Under the pieces are notes generated by a model. The model searched no databases. It was given only the letters and a program-made list of their open reading frames with translations, and was not told the origin of the DNA. The position numbers were made by a program, and so were the translations under genes. Below, piece by piece: positions 29,918 to 39,973 of a stretch of DNA of 64,000 bases. Position 1 is the stretch's first letter. Every line of letters starts with the position of its first letter. Location of the stretch: IMG/VR virus record IMGVR_UViG_3300021964_009400, one strand, 5' to 3'. Origin of the DNA: a virus. Its lineage: Duplodnaviria; Caudoviricetes.

Positions 29918-31115
29918 AAAATTTAAAATGGAAGAACGAGCTAATACTCACTTCCAAATATACATTACAGATAAGTTTTATTATTGTTGTAACCCTAAAG
30001 TTGCATCTTCTTGGGCATATAAAATGTTTGGTAAAGGTGAATATAAAGGTCTTGAGCATAGAGATTCGTTTGATATAGCTACTATGCAACTCAATCGACG
30101 CAATGATATTGATTATATAAAAGATGAGTTGGTACAAGAACTATATAGAGATTGGGAATCTCTATTAAATGGTAAATCTTGTAGAAAAGATTGGGTATTT
30201 GTAATCAGAAACCCAATAGAAAAAATGATTACTGGTTATATACAAGATGTTTTCTTAAAACAAACCAATAGGGAAGCTTTAGATAATCCAATATTTTTAA
30301 AACATATAAAATCAATAGGATATAATAAAGCAGAGATAGATGCATTTATACATTATTACGAAGTAACTGCGGATAATAGATTTCCAAATGTACAATCATT
30401 TGGAACGAATAATGAATTTATGCCAATGTACTATGATATAGTTAAATCAATGGTAGATATGTGGGCAGAAGATACAACAAGAGTTATTAACGAAATTAAT
30501 TACGACCATAAAGAAAGTAATCTAATGTTTATTTTAAAACTATTAACATTTCCACCAAATGGATTTGATTCATCTAAAATTCGTGTTATCGATATTGATA
30601 GACAGAACTTGGGAGCTACATTAAAAAATTTATATGGATTACAAAACATTGATACATCTAAACAACATGCAAGAGAACTTGGTTTTAAGTTTCTTGTATT
30701 CAAGTCTTTTAAAGAACATTTTCCATTAATTTATTCAATGTTAGCACACGAGGCGTTAATTTATGTAGAAATAATAAATAAGTTATATCCACACGAAATG
30801 TATAAATTAAATATTAATGAACACAAAACAATTCCACCTTATGTTTATACTGCAGAAGAATTTTTAGAATTTAATTCAATTAGTTCTGATTTGTTATATA
30901 CTATAAAGAAGGAACCTTTTTCTCTAAAAAGATTCCAAGATTATATATTATCTAGAATTGATAATTTTAAAGACCTCCAAAACGGTCAAAGATACATTCA
31001 AGAAAATGGTGGTAGGTTGAGAAATGTGTTATTGAATGCTAAACGAAAAAATAAAAATGCTAGTAGTAAAGCTTCTAAGTATATGGTTGGTAATTTTAAA
31101 GGAAAGTTTTTATAA
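29904..31115 (+). CDS. sulfotransferase family 2-like protein
   Basis: 5'-PSB-like CCNPKVASS and 3'-PB-like IRNPIEKMITGY; ATG 29904. Confidence 0.6.
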   Translation: MREIKKFKMEERANTHFQIYITDKFYYCCNPKVASSWAYKMFGKGEYKGLEHRDSFDIATMQLNRRNDIDYIKDELVQELYRDWESLLNGKSCRKDWVFVIRNPIEKMITGYIQDVFLKQTNREALDNPIFLKHIKSIGYNKAEIDAFIHYYEVTADNRFPNVQSFGTNNEFMPMYYDIVKSMVDMWAEDTTRVINEINYDHKESNLMFILKLLTFPPNGFDSSKIRVIDIDRQNLGATLKNLYGLQNIDTSKQHARELGFKFLVFKSFKEHFPLIYSMLAHEALIYVEIINKLYPHEMYKLNINEHKTIPPYVYTAEEFLEFNSISSDLLYTIKKEPFSLKRFQDYILSRIDNFKDLQNGQRYIQENGGRLRNVLLNAKRKNKNASSKASKYMVGNFKGKFL

Positions 31116-31199
31116 TTTTTAACCCCCAACCCCCTATTACTAGCTATATATACTAAGGAAAAAAGAAAACGAAAAAAAAGTTTTAAAAAGTTATTAACA

Positions 31200-31469
31200 A
31201 TGGCAGGAACAAAAGGTTTCGAGATTTACAAACATGAGTTAACAGATGAAACTAAAGGTGGTTTGATTGTTTTAGATAAGTATCTTTCAAATTATAAACT
31301 TAATGATAAACTTGATGATGAAGTTATACATAAAGTTAGAGATTTAATTTCTGATATAATAGATAGAGGTTATTATACTACTAAGGAACAATTAATCTTA
31401 AACGCTATGAGAAGTACTTATTATGATGATAAACTTTCAGATAATGTAAAAAAACAATTATCCAAATGA
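31200..31469 (+). CDS. small helical phage protein (paralog family)
   Basis: KVRDLISDIIDRGYYTTKEQLILNAMR. Confidence 0.6.
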   Translation: MAGTKGFEIYKHELTDETKGGLIVLDKYLSNYKLNDKLDDEVIHKVRDLISDIIDRGYYTTKEQLILNAMRSTYYDDKLSDNVKKQLSK

Positions 31470-31726
31470 GTCAAATAAGAGAAATTATAGAAGGATGGGC
31501 AAATGTAATCAAAGACCAATTTGATGCAGTTGACCCTGTCACTAAAGCAGTATCAAAAAAAAGATTACAGTTATGTAATGAATGTGCATTAAGACAAGGT
31601 AATACCTGCTCACCTCAAATTTACGGTTATCATGTTATAACAAATGAAAGGAAAGTTGGATGTGGGTGTAATATATCAGCTAAAACATTATCCCCATCTT
31701 CACAATGTCCATTAGGAAAATGGTAA
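31466..31726 (+). CDS. Cys-rich phage protein (DUF6171-like)
   Basis: CNEC...C...GCGC.ISAKT....QCPLGKW pattern. Confidence 0.6.
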   Translation: MSQIREIIEGWANVIKDQFDAVDPVTKAVSKKRLQLCNECALRQGNTCSPQIYGYHVITNERKVGCGCNISAKTLSPSSQCPLGKW

Positions 31727-31738
31727 AAAATTAATATT

Positions 31739-31900
31739 ATGGATAGAGAAAAAAGAATGTACAAGTCATACTTGGCAAGAAAAAAAAGAAAACAAACAAA
31801 AGAAGTTTTGGAAACTATTGAAAAAAGACAAAGAGCAGATAATAAAAATTTAAGAAAGAAAGTAGATAAAATAAAAAGGAGACATCACGATGGGAAGTAA
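31739..31900 (+). CDS. small basic protein (53 aa)
   Basis: MDREKRMYKSYLARKKRKQ...RRHHDGK; below ORF-track cutoff. Confidence 0.55.
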   Translation: MDREKRMYKSYLARKKRKQTKEVLETIEKRQRADNKNLRKKVDKIKRRHHDGK

Positions 31901-32018
31901 ATTTTTCGGAAACAAAAAAAATAATATAAGTAAAAAAGGAAAAAATCAAAACTTTTCTGCAAGAACTAATAATAAAAGAATGAATAGTGGAATAAGAAAA
32001 ACTGGTCGTGGGAACTAA
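31890..32018 (+). CDS. small basic protein (42 aa)
   Basis: MGSKFFGNKK...GIRKTGRGN. Confidence 0.6.
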   Translation: MGSKFFGNKKNNISKKGKNQNFSARTNNKRMNSGIRKTGRGN

Positions 32019-32679
32019 CTTATTAATATTATTTGGTCAGTTAAGAACATTTGAATATGTAATACCTCATCTAAAAAGAATAGATGATGTTGATGTTGTT
32101 ATTTCTACTTGGTCAGAAAATGTTATTAATGGTGAAAAAACATTAGTAGATGAAAATTTAATTCTAAACACTATACCAAATATAAAAAAAATTCATATAT
32201 CAAATCAAAATAGTATTGAAATAAATACTATGTTATCTAAACATGGATTTACTTTCCACTTAATGGTTCATCATTGGAAAACTTCAATAAACAATATTGA
32301 AAACATAAATCAGTATGATAAGATAATATTACATAGATGCGATTTATATTCGGATTGGGATAAAATTTTAGATTTAGATATTCAAGAAGATACAATTTAT
32401 TTACATCACAACAATCTTCCTTATCGTACAACAGATGAATATCCTAATGCAATATGGTGTAATGATTATTTCTTTTTTGGAAAACCTAGTATAATAAAAA
32501 AATATATTAATTCTTTTGATAGATATGATTATGATGACCCACATTTAGATATTTATAAAACCTTATACGATAATAATATCAAGTATGAAAGATATGTTTT
32601 ATGTGGAAAACTTATAAAAGATATGAACGATACTTTTTCATCATGTGAAATTACTGGTCCTAATGAAATAGCATCATAA
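32008..32679 (+). CDS. putative glycosyltransferase-like protein
   Basis: LFGQLRTF, ISTWS, HRCDL, NDYFFFG; paralog of 17061. Confidence 0.5.
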   Translation: MGTNLLILFGQLRTFEYVIPHLKRIDDVDVVISTWSENVINGEKTLVDENLILNTIPNIKKIHISNQNSIEINTMLSKHGFTFHLMVHHWKTSINNIENINQYDKIILHRCDLYSDWDKILDLDIQEDTIYLHHNNLPYRTTDEYPNAIWCNDYFFFGKPSIIKKYINSFDRYDYDDPHLDIYKTLYDNNIKYERYVLCGKLIKDMNDTFSSCEITGPNEIAS

Positions 32680-32692
32680 AAATAAAAACTTT

Positions 32693-32737
32693 AAAAGACC
32701 ATTGTAGTCTCAGATATTTTTCGTATATTTACATAAT
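32693..32737 (+). promoter_or_regulatory. repeated early promoter cassette, copy 7
   Basis: CCATTGTAGTCTC 32699-32711; TATATTTA 32724-32731. Confidence 0.75.
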
Positions 32738-32953
32738 ATGGATTTGATACAATTTTTAAGTAGTTATTTTATCATAGGGTTGATATGGACTGCAATAGTA
32801 GAATACTTAACCACAAAGTTTGGAGTTGGACCACCATGGGTAAATGGAGAAAGAGTTCTACAAATAACTCTATGGCCTTGGTATGTATTTTTATTTCTCG
32901 TAAACTTTATTGGAAGTTTTGCGGATAAGTTTGATGACACTAATGATGATTAA
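32738..32953 (+). CDS. small membrane protein
   Basis: Hydrophobic helices, LWPW motif. Confidence 0.6.
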   Translation: MDLIQFLSSYFIIGLIWTAIVEYLTTKFGVGPPWVNGERVLQITLWPWYVFLFLVNFIGSFADKFDDTNDD

Positions 32954-32961
32954 GACCCACA

Positions 32962-33315
32962 ATGAGAAGATGTAATGTATGTAATAAGAAAAGACCAGAT
33001 GTATGGTATAAGAACAAAAGAAAAAAAACTTGTCGTTCTTGTGAGAATACATGGAAAGGTACACTATTACGATTACTAGTTAAACAAAGAGAACTAACAC
33101 CAGAAGAAAGGTTAGGTAATCGATTAGGTTATATGGGAAGTGGGTTTATTATGATTTCCCCTTATTTACTACCCTATGATAACATAGGTGCATATACTTA
33201 CTTAATTGGAGCGGTATTATCAATTCCTCAAGTATTTCTTGCTAAGCAATGGAATTTAGTAATAATTAATTTAAATTTATTAATTGGGTACGGTCTTTAC
33301 CTATACAATGTGTAA
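32962..33315 (+). CDS. Zn-finger plus membrane-domain protein
   Basis: CNVC...CRSC then three hydrophobic segments. Confidence 0.55.
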   Translation: MRRCNVCNKKRPDVWYKNKRKKTCRSCENTWKGTLLRLLVKQRELTPEERLGNRLGYMGSGFIMISPYLLPYDNIGAYTYLIGAVLSIPQVFLAKQWNLVIINLNLLIGYGLYLYNV

Positions 33316-33536
33316 TCTATGATATTTATATACAAGGAGTGTAGCACAAAAGTTTACAACCTCGATTATGAATATAGGAAACACATTTAGTATAGATAAA
33401 GAATTTGATGATATGATGGAAAGAAAAAAAAATTCTCTCCAAAAAAATTTCGGTAAATCTAATATATCAAAGAATAACCCTATAACAATTAAGAACGGTA
33501 CCACATTAAAGTAAACTCAGTATATAACTAACAACT

Positions 33537-33953
33537 ATGAAAGATTGGAATGATTTCTTACCTAACGATGATGAAGAACAAGATGATGATATGTTCGGAA
33601 CCAATAGGACTCCTAATCAAGATTGGATAGAAAGACAAGTTGAAATAGAAAAAACTATGTTATTTGCTGATATACAGAAAGGTAACCCTATACCCTTATC
33701 TCCCAAGGACTGGTCAGAGTTATGGGAAATCACACAAGGAGATAAAGAGGAACTCACTCAACTATGGGTAAGACACTATATGAGGATAGGAGATACTACA
33801 AAAGGAAAGTGGGAACTTCTTGATATGTTTCCTCGTAAGTGGTTGACCCTACTCTTGATACATAACGAAGAAAGGGAAGAATACGAACTTTGTTCTCTTA
33901 TTAACGAACTTATCTTATGGGAAAGAAAAAAGGGAAAAGAACTTGTAAGTTAA
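33537..33953 (+). CDS. hypothetical protein with UVR-like motif
   Basis: HNEEREEYELCSLINEL. Confidence 0.55.
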   Translation: MKDWNDFLPNDDEEQDDDMFGTNRTPNQDWIERQVEIEKTMLFADIQKGNPIPLSPKDWSELWEITQGDKEELTQLWVRHYMRIGDTTKGKWELLDMFPRKWLTLLLIHNEEREEYELCSLINELILWERKKGKELVS

Positions 33954-34066
33954 TAAAAAGCGAGGGGACATTATATTTATAATACTATCAATAAAAAGAA
34001 AGGGAAAAATTCTCCGACTGGGTTAGTAAAAAATTTTTAAAAAACCGACACGATTTTAGTTTTCAC

Positions 34067-35875
34067 ATGAACGAGGTTGAAAAAAGAATAAAACATCAAA
34101 TAGATAATAACATTGCTCAAACTGATTTAAAGATTGATTTGGTTCAATATATGTCTCAATCAAAAAGAGCAAAAGATTATTACCTCAAACAAAAGGCAAA
34201 GGGTGAGGAGTTTAAACATCAATTCCGATATGAAGTTATTGGAGAACAAGATGCTCTTTTGATGCAAGTACCAAATATAAACGAATCGGGTTATTACGCG
34301 GGGGTTGTTGCCTTAAAATCATATGTGGATAAGTTCCACTCGGATTTGAATGTTGAGATTATAGACCCGGTCATAGATTACTTTTATTTAAATCCACCCG
34401 ATAAAGAATCCGATTTCTTTCAAATGTTTAACACCTACGCAAGACAAGGTGAATGGGAAGAACTTCTTAAGTTCCAAGAAATACACGATATATGTGAAGG
34501 GTTTATTTTTAAATACATTGATAAATGTAATCCTGCATTTTTTGGTTTAAGTATTATTGATGGTAACATAGACGCATCTCTTGCAATAGCAAGTTTAATA
34601 AAAAAGAAATACCCTCATATTAAAATTCTTATGGGTGGTAATGGAATCGAGGTTTTAGATTTCGGTATGTTACCTAACTCAAAATACACTACAATAGATT
34701 ATAATTTTGTAGATGTATTCTCAAGAGGTGATGGTGAAGCAACATTCGTAGAGATTCTTAAATGTGATATGAGTGATGAATCTCTTTCAAAGATAAAAGG
34801 GATTGTTTGGAGAAAATCAACTGGTGAACATATAGATACTCCAATGGAATTAACTCATAATCCATCGAGAGAAAATATAGATATGAACTCACTTCCAATG
34901 CCTGATTATTCATCTTTGGAAGAAAACTATTATTACCACTCTACATACCAATATTCAGTTCCACTTGTATTAAGTAGAGGATGTCCTTATCGTTGTACCT
35001 TTTGTTCGGTACCTGAATTTATACCTGTATTCCGATATAGAACTCACGAAAGTGTTATGGAAGAAATGGAGTATTGGGTAAATAAGGGAAGAAAAAGTTT
35101 CTTTATGCACGATAGTATTATAAATGGAAACCCAAAATGGTTAATGCAATTTTGTGAAATGATAATCGATAAATGGGGTGAGTACCAAATTGATTTTGGT
35201 GGAAATATGAGATTGCAGAATGTAATGAGAGATTTGGATACTATGTGGTTATTCCGAAGAGCGGGGTTATCTAAAATGATTACTGGTTTTGAATCGGCAT
35301 CTGAACCTGTTTTAAAACATATGAAGAAATATACAAACATGGAAGGTGTACGAGAAATCTTTGATAATGTACGAAGTATAAATAAAGTATTACAAAAAGA
35401 AAGACCTCACGCACCAAAGATGCAATTTGCAATGCAACTTATTATTGGTTATTTAAATGAAACGCGAGAAGATTTTCAACGAACAGTTGATTTCGTAAAA
35501 GAATATAATGATTGTATGTCAGAGATACTCACTTGTTCTGCATTTTTATTACACACTACACTACAAAATAAATGGATAGCAGAGGGAGAACCTCTTATCC
35601 AACATAGGAACTCTGTTATATTTGATACCATGTACAACACTACACAAGATAGATTAAATTGGTTAAATGAAATAGAACAGGTTTTTAAAGATTATAATCT
35701 ACCATACTCTATTTACAATCGAGGAATATTCCACGAACTTATGAAAGAGAATGAAACAGCACAAGAACATTACACATGGATAAATGGAGAATTGTTTTTT
35801 GGCGCAAATGGAGAGAAACCAACACTAGATATGATACACGAAGAGTTGGGAATTAAAAAGAAAAAATTAATGTAA
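34067..35875 (+). CDS. cobalamin-binding radical SAM protein
   Basis: B12-binding-like ALKSY...FGLS...ILMGG; SRGCPYRCTFC (CxxxCxxC); GFESAS. Confidence 0.85.
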   Translation: MNEVEKRIKHQIDNNIAQTDLKIDLVQYMSQSKRAKDYYLKQKAKGEEFKHQFRYEVIGEQDALLMQVPNINESGYYAGVVALKSYVDKFHSDLNVEIIDPVIDYFYLNPPDKESDFFQMFNTYARQGEWEELLKFQEIHDICEGFIFKYIDKCNPAFFGLSIIDGNIDASLAIASLIKKKYPHIKILMGGNGIEVLDFGMLPNSKYTTIDYNFVDVFSRGDGEATFVEILKCDMSDESLSKIKGIVWRKSTGEHIDTPMELTHNPSRENIDMNSLPMPDYSSLEENYYYHSTYQYSVPLVLSRGCPYRCTFCSVPEFIPVFRYRTHESVMEEMEYWVNKGRKSFFMHDSIINGNPKWLMQFCEMIIDKWGEYQIDFGGNMRLQNVMRDLDTMWLFRRAGLSKMITGFESASEPVLKHMKKYTNMEGVREIFDNVRSINKVLQKERPHAPKMQFAMQLIIGYLNETREDFQRTVDFVKEYNDCMSEILTCSAFLLHTTLQNKWIAEGEPLIQHRNSVIFDTMYNTTQDRLNWLNEIEQVFKDYNLPYSIYNRGIFHELMKENETAQEHYTWINGELFFGANGEKPTLDMIHEELGIKKKKLM

Positions 35876-36241
35876 ATGGAAGAAAAATTCAATTGGTTAT
35901 TTTTATTATACGCAGTAATCCTAATAACACTCGGTCAGACCGGGGCTTACCTACAACATAACTACCAATTTTTAGATAAACGATTTCCACCAGAATGGTG
36001 GGGTTGGTATCTAATGGCAATACCAATCACTTGGTTCTTTTTAAAAGGAACATACTATGGAGTAACTGCTTTTGAAGGAGATTTGTGGCCTAATAGATTT
36101 ATTGGTTTTGTAATAGGTATAATATCATATACCATTCTAACATCTTGGTTATTTAAACAACATATAACACCAAAAATATCTGTCCAAATTGTTTTATGTG
36201 TTGCAATATTGATGGTTCAATTTTTATGGAAAGGCAAATAA
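35876..36241 (+). CDS. small multi-pass membrane protein
   Basis: Four hydrophobic helices. Confidence 0.65.
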   Translation: MEEKFNWLFLLYAVILITLGQTGAYLQHNYQFLDKRFPPEWWGWYLMAIPITWFFLKGTYYGVTAFEGDLWPNRFIGFVIGIISYTILTSWLFKQHITPKISVQIVLCVAILMVQFLWKGK

Positions 36242-37530
36242 GCATAGAAAATTTATTTAAAACAAAAATTCACAATAAGAGAATTTTACTACTAGAACCT
36301 AATTGCGATTTACAGAATTCTACTTTCTGTGGATTAAACTTTAGTCTAACAACAGAATATGATACTCTCTATAATTTAGATGATATTGAAAGATTTGCAA
36401 ATACACATTGGGATTATATAATAGGTCATGTTTTTCATATTAGAAAGTTTACAAAAACCGAAATTAGTTTATTTTCAACCCACAATATTACTTGTGATAC
36501 TCTTGTATGCGATGAGTTGGGTGAGGGCTTTTCACTTAATGCAGATTGTAAACGAATATTATTTGATTTAGAGTTTGATAAGATATTAAAATTAAAAACA
36601 GTAAAATGGCTAACACCCTTTTATGATTATTCTTCAATTCAACACCAATATCCTAATGTTGAATTTTTTAGTGAGAAACATTCTGGTCTACTATTATTCT
36701 GTGGAAAAAGTAATCGTATGATTCATGGAGATACTACCGAGGCACTTCGATATTCAAACAAATTAACCTATGGGTTATCTTGGAAACCTGAATTAAAAGA
36801 AAGATTATTTTTATCATTAAATAATGAAACTCGTACACATCGAAGTTTACTGATACATTATTTAACCGAAGAAAACTTATTAGATAAAGGATATGTATCA
36901 TATTTAAACCCACCACAAGATTTAAAGCTCCAACTAAATTTTAAAACTTATTTAGAAAAATTAAATGTAAAAAGATTAATACTGCCGTGGGAATCTGAAA
37001 TAGATGAAATAAATAGGTTTGGTATTCAAATAAACGCAGCAGAAAAAACTTATATAGATGTTGTTACAGAATCAAGTACAGGTCTATGGCCATTCAAAAC
37101 AGAAAAATGTTTAAAACCATTTTATAACTTACAGTTCCCAATGATATTTGGTCACGAAGGAATTATACAAGATTTAAGAGATGTTGGTTTTGATTTGTTT
37201 GATGATATAATAAATCACGATTATGATGATGGAAGTAATCAGCCAGGATATATTAATAGAATATCGAATGATATGGATTTAACAATAGATGGATATAATG
37301 ATAATAAACGAATACCTTTTTTAGTTAAAGAATTAAAACGATTATCAACACTTGATATAAAAAAAATATATGAAAATAACAAAGATAGATTTCTTAAAAA
37401 TCAACAACTTGTATGGGATTTAACCATAAAAGAAAATAAAATATTATATAAAGTTGGTAAGTTTGTATTTGGAGATGATATAGAATTTTTTGATACACCA
37501 ATAGAAGATTTAAAAAAAGTTTATTTATGA
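36226..37530 (+). CDS. putative glycosyltransferase-like protein
   Basis: C-terminal IDVVTES...FKTEKCLKPF...PMIFG...GFDLF pattern; ATG 36226. Confidence 0.5.
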   Translation: MERQISIENLFKTKIHNKRILLLEPNCDLQNSTFCGLNFSLTTEYDTLYNLDDIERFANTHWDYIIGHVFHIRKFTKTEISLFSTHNITCDTLVCDELGEGFSLNADCKRILFDLEFDKILKLKTVKWLTPFYDYSSIQHQYPNVEFFSEKHSGLLLFCGKSNRMIHGDTTEALRYSNKLTYGLSWKPELKERLFLSLNNETRTHRSLLIHYLTEENLLDKGYVSYLNPPQDLKLQLNFKTYLEKLNVKRLILPWESEIDEINRFGIQINAAEKTYIDVVTESSTGLWPFKTEKCLKPFYNLQFPMIFGHEGIIQDLRDVGFDLFDDIINHDYDDGSNQPGYINRISNDMDLTIDGYNDNKRIPFLVKELKRLSTLDIKKIYENNKDRFLKNQQLVWDLTIKENKILYKVGKFVFGDDIEFFDTPIEDLKKVYL

Positions 37531-37748
37531 ATGAAATAGATTTACATGGATTTACCCATGATGAAGCAGTATTTGCAGCAGAGGATTTTGTTTTGTTACA
37601 ATCACAAGATGAGGTGTTTCAATGTACAATAATTACTGGCAATTCTCACAAACTACAAAAAAGAATTCAAGATGAGATTCTTGATAAACATGGATTTAAT
37701 TACTATATACCATCTTGGAATACAGGTGAAATAATAGTTACCCATTAA
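37527..37748 (+). CDS. stand-alone Smr-domain protein
   Basis: EIDLHGFTHDEA, IITGNS, NTGEIIV. Confidence 0.75.
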   Translation: MNEIDLHGFTHDEAVFAAEDFVLLQSQDEVFQCTIITGNSHKLQKRIQDEILDKHGFNYYIPSWNTGEIIVTH

Positions 37749-37764
37749 AAAAAGTGTAAAATAA

Positions 37765-37796
37765 TTTGGAGCTTTAAAATATTTTTCGTATATTTG
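37765..37796 (+). promoter_or_regulatory. Bacteroidota sigma-A type promoter
   Basis: TTTG-N20-TATATTTG exact consensus. Confidence 0.8.
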
Positions 37797-37824
37797 TAGT
37801 AATATAAATTTTAAATATAAAACA

Positions 37825-37944
37825 ATGAGTAAAAAGCTATCACAAAAAAGAAAAATGCATTTAGAAAGCACGGCTACTAAAAGTGTAAACAAAAAAATCA
37901 AAAGAAAAAACTACGCAGTTCTTAGAAAAAGAGAAACTGTATAA
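37825..37944 (+). CDS. small basic protein (39 aa)
   Basis: MSKKLSQKRKMHLES...LRKRETV, first ORF after promoter. Confidence 0.6.
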   Translation: MSKKLSQKRKMHLESTATKSVNKKIKRKNYAVLRKRETV

Positions 37945-37964
37945 TAAATTTAAATTAATAAATC

Positions 37965-38345
37965 ATGAGTGAAAAATTTTATGTAAGAAGGTGTGAGAAA
38001 TACACCTTATGGGAAGCAACAGAAGAACCAATTGAGGTTGATGTTGACAAACTAAGAAAATGCGAACCTCCATATGAGGGAAATACATCAGAAGAACTTT
38101 GGGATTATCTACAAGCGAATCTTTACGATTGGGATTTCCAAGAGGAGTTCGTTGAAACTAATAAAGAAGTTTATGGTGAAGATGAGTTACAAGACCTTTT
38201 ATTAGAAGATGGATATCACGACAGAAAGATATATTCTGATACAAGAGAAAAATATGGAGATGATTGGGTAGAACTTGGACATAAAAACGAAGAGTATAGA
38301 AAGACAGGTGGATTCCAATCTCTACACGATAATGGTAATTGGTAA
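37965..38345 (+). CDS. acidic hypothetical protein
   Basis: 126-aa ORF in operon. Confidence 0.65.
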   Translation: MSEKFYVRRCEKYTLWEATEEPIEVDVDKLRKCEPPYEGNTSEELWDYLQANLYDWDFQEEFVETNKEVYGEDELQDLLLEDGYHDRKIYSDTREKYGDDWVELGHKNEEYRKTGGFQSLHDNGNW

Positions 38346-38348
38346 GTT

Positions 38349-38615
38349 ATGGCAATAGAAAAAGATAAAGCAAAAGAGTTAGTTAACGATGCGAGATACA
38401 TTCACGATTCGTTAAAAACATATCTCAAAGATGATAGTATAGAAGATTCATTATTATTCTTCTATGGGTACAAATGTATTCAGTTAGCATCTGAACTTTT
38501 TCAAGAGGTAAATTTGAGAGATATAACTAAGAAACAAAAAGGTTATACTTATGATTTACTAAACGCATTTAAGGAAAAGTATCCTGATTTCGAAGATGAA
38601 TTTAATAAACAATAG
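38349..38615 (+). CDS. hypothetical protein
   Basis: 88-aa ORF. Confidence 0.6.
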   Translation: MAIEKDKAKELVNDARYIHDSLKTYLKDDSIEDSLLFFYGYKCIQLASELFQEVNLRDITKKQKGYTYDLLNAFKEKYPDFEDEFNKQ

Positions 38616-38617
38616 GT

Positions 38618-39178
38618 ATGGCAAATCACATGAGTACTCACATCATTGTTAGAAACGGTGATAACAAAGTATTAGAAAAACTCAGAGAAATCTTTACACC
38701 CAACGAAGGTGAGTATCAAGTTGATACCGAAGATTTAGGAAAACGAATCTTTGATGAAGATGTACCAGAAGAATATGATAGAGATTGGTATATTGATAAT
38801 GTAGGAGCAAAGTGGGTATATTCTGAATACGATGATAGTGATGATATAGATTACATTCATCTTATGTTAACATCAGCATGGTCAGTACCTCAAGGATTAC
38901 TTGAAAAATTAGCAGAAATTTTATCTAATGTGAAAGAGGATTGTTATATTTGTGGTACATATGAAGATGAATCATATGACCCAATAGGTGTTTTTTTATA
39001 TGCAAAAGATTATGATGATATCGAAGATTATGATGATGAAATTGACAATGATAAAATGTGGGATGATGATGAATATAGAGAATCTATATGGGAAAAGGTA
39101 TCATCGTGTAGAGATGATTTTGAAAAATCATATATTGAATATTTAAAAGATTTAGAAGATGAGAAAATTAATATATAA
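38618..39178 (+). CDS. DUF1281/YubB ferredoxin-like-fold phage protein
   Basis: MANH start, DWYIDNVGAKW, TSAWSVP. Confidence 0.65.
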   Translation: MANHMSTHIIVRNGDNKVLEKLREIFTPNEGEYQVDTEDLGKRIFDEDVPEEYDRDWYIDNVGAKWVYSEYDDSDDIDYIHLMLTSAWSVPQGLLEKLAEILSNVKEDCYICGTYEDESYDPIGVFLYAKDYDDIEDYDDEIDNDKMWDDDEYRESIWEKVSSCRDDFEKSYIEYLKDLEDEKINI

Positions 39179-39359
39179 AATAACAGAAGAAAAAACACAA
39201 TCTCAATCTATTTATCATATTGAGTTTATTACTGATAGAACACCAGAATGGACAGAAGAACAATACTTGAGAAATAGAAGTAACACAATAATGGAATTGG
39301 TAAGTAATGAAGAAACAAAAGAACAAGAAAGTTTATCAAGAGAAGTTAAGTTGGGATGA
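39159..39359 (+). CDS. hypothetical protein
   Basis: 66-aa ORF overlapping previous stop. Confidence 0.6.
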   Translation: MRKLIYKITEEKTQSQSIYHIEFITDRTPEWTEEQYLRNRSNTIMELVSNEETKEQESLSREVKLG

Positions 39360-39360
39360 T

Positions 39361-39486
39361 ATGACCTATGGTGAGGCATCTCATCATATAGGTAAAAAAA
39401 CTACTGAGAAAGTTCATAAATCAAAAAAGGATTATTCTCGTAAAGGTAAATCAAAAAGAGATTGGATAAGTTATGAAGATGAATAA
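39361..39486 (+). CDS. small basic protein (41 aa)
   Basis: MTYGEASHHIGKKTTEKVHKSKKDYSRK. Confidence 0.6.
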   Translation: MTYGEASHHIGKKTTEKVHKSKKDYSRKGKSKRDWISYEDE

Positions 39487-39973
39487 AAGAGAATTACTAC
39501 TTGTAGGATTTGTTATTATGGCGGTGTTGGTAAGATTATTACCACATCCACCAAACTTTACACCAATAACAGCACTTGCTTTATTCGGTGGAACAACATT
39601 TAAAAACAAGTGGTTGGGTATCTCTTTACCTTTAATAGCAATGGGGATATCTGATATGTATTTAGGTTTCTATGGTATCTCTTATTGGGTATATGGTTCG
39701 TTCTTTCTTATTAGTATATTAGGAACCTATTGGAAAAAGATAAGGGTTAAGAATGTATTTATTTCATCACTTATCTTTTTTATTATTACCAACTTTGGAG
39801 TTTGGTTAATGGGTGGTTATCCAAAAACAATAGAAGGAATTCTATTATGTTATACAATGGCATTACCATTCTTTCTTAACTCTATTGCTGGAGATTTCTT
39901 TTTCAGTTATCTATTGAAATTTTCATTTAGATATTCTGAAAAGAAAATATTGCTCGGTTCGTCTAACGGTTAG
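39473..39973 (+). CDS. DUF6580-like putative transport membrane protein
   Basis: RLLPHPPNFTPITALALFGG, FFIITNFGVW, CYTMALPFF; last codons overlap tRNA-Glu. Confidence 0.7.
   Translation: MKMNKRELLLVGFVIMAVLVRLLPHPPNFTPITALALFGGTTFKNKWLGISLPLIAMGISDMYLGFYGISYWVYGSFFLISILGTYWKKIRVKNVFISSLIFFIITNFGVWLMGGYPKTIEGILLCYTMALPFFLNSIAGDFFFSYLLKFSFRYSEKKILLGSSNG

Noticed and set aside
33961-34066. Second origin-like segment resembling 22230-22275 (GC-rich patch then AAAAAATTTTT)
   Set aside because: Similarity is limited to a low-complexity A/T tract; too short to support homology
39361-39400. Hairpin ACCTATGGTGAG...CTCATCATATAGGT as a riboswitch for the transporter-like gene
   Set aside because: Overlaps a plausible 41-aa ORF and shows no recognisable cobalamin or other riboswitch core motifs
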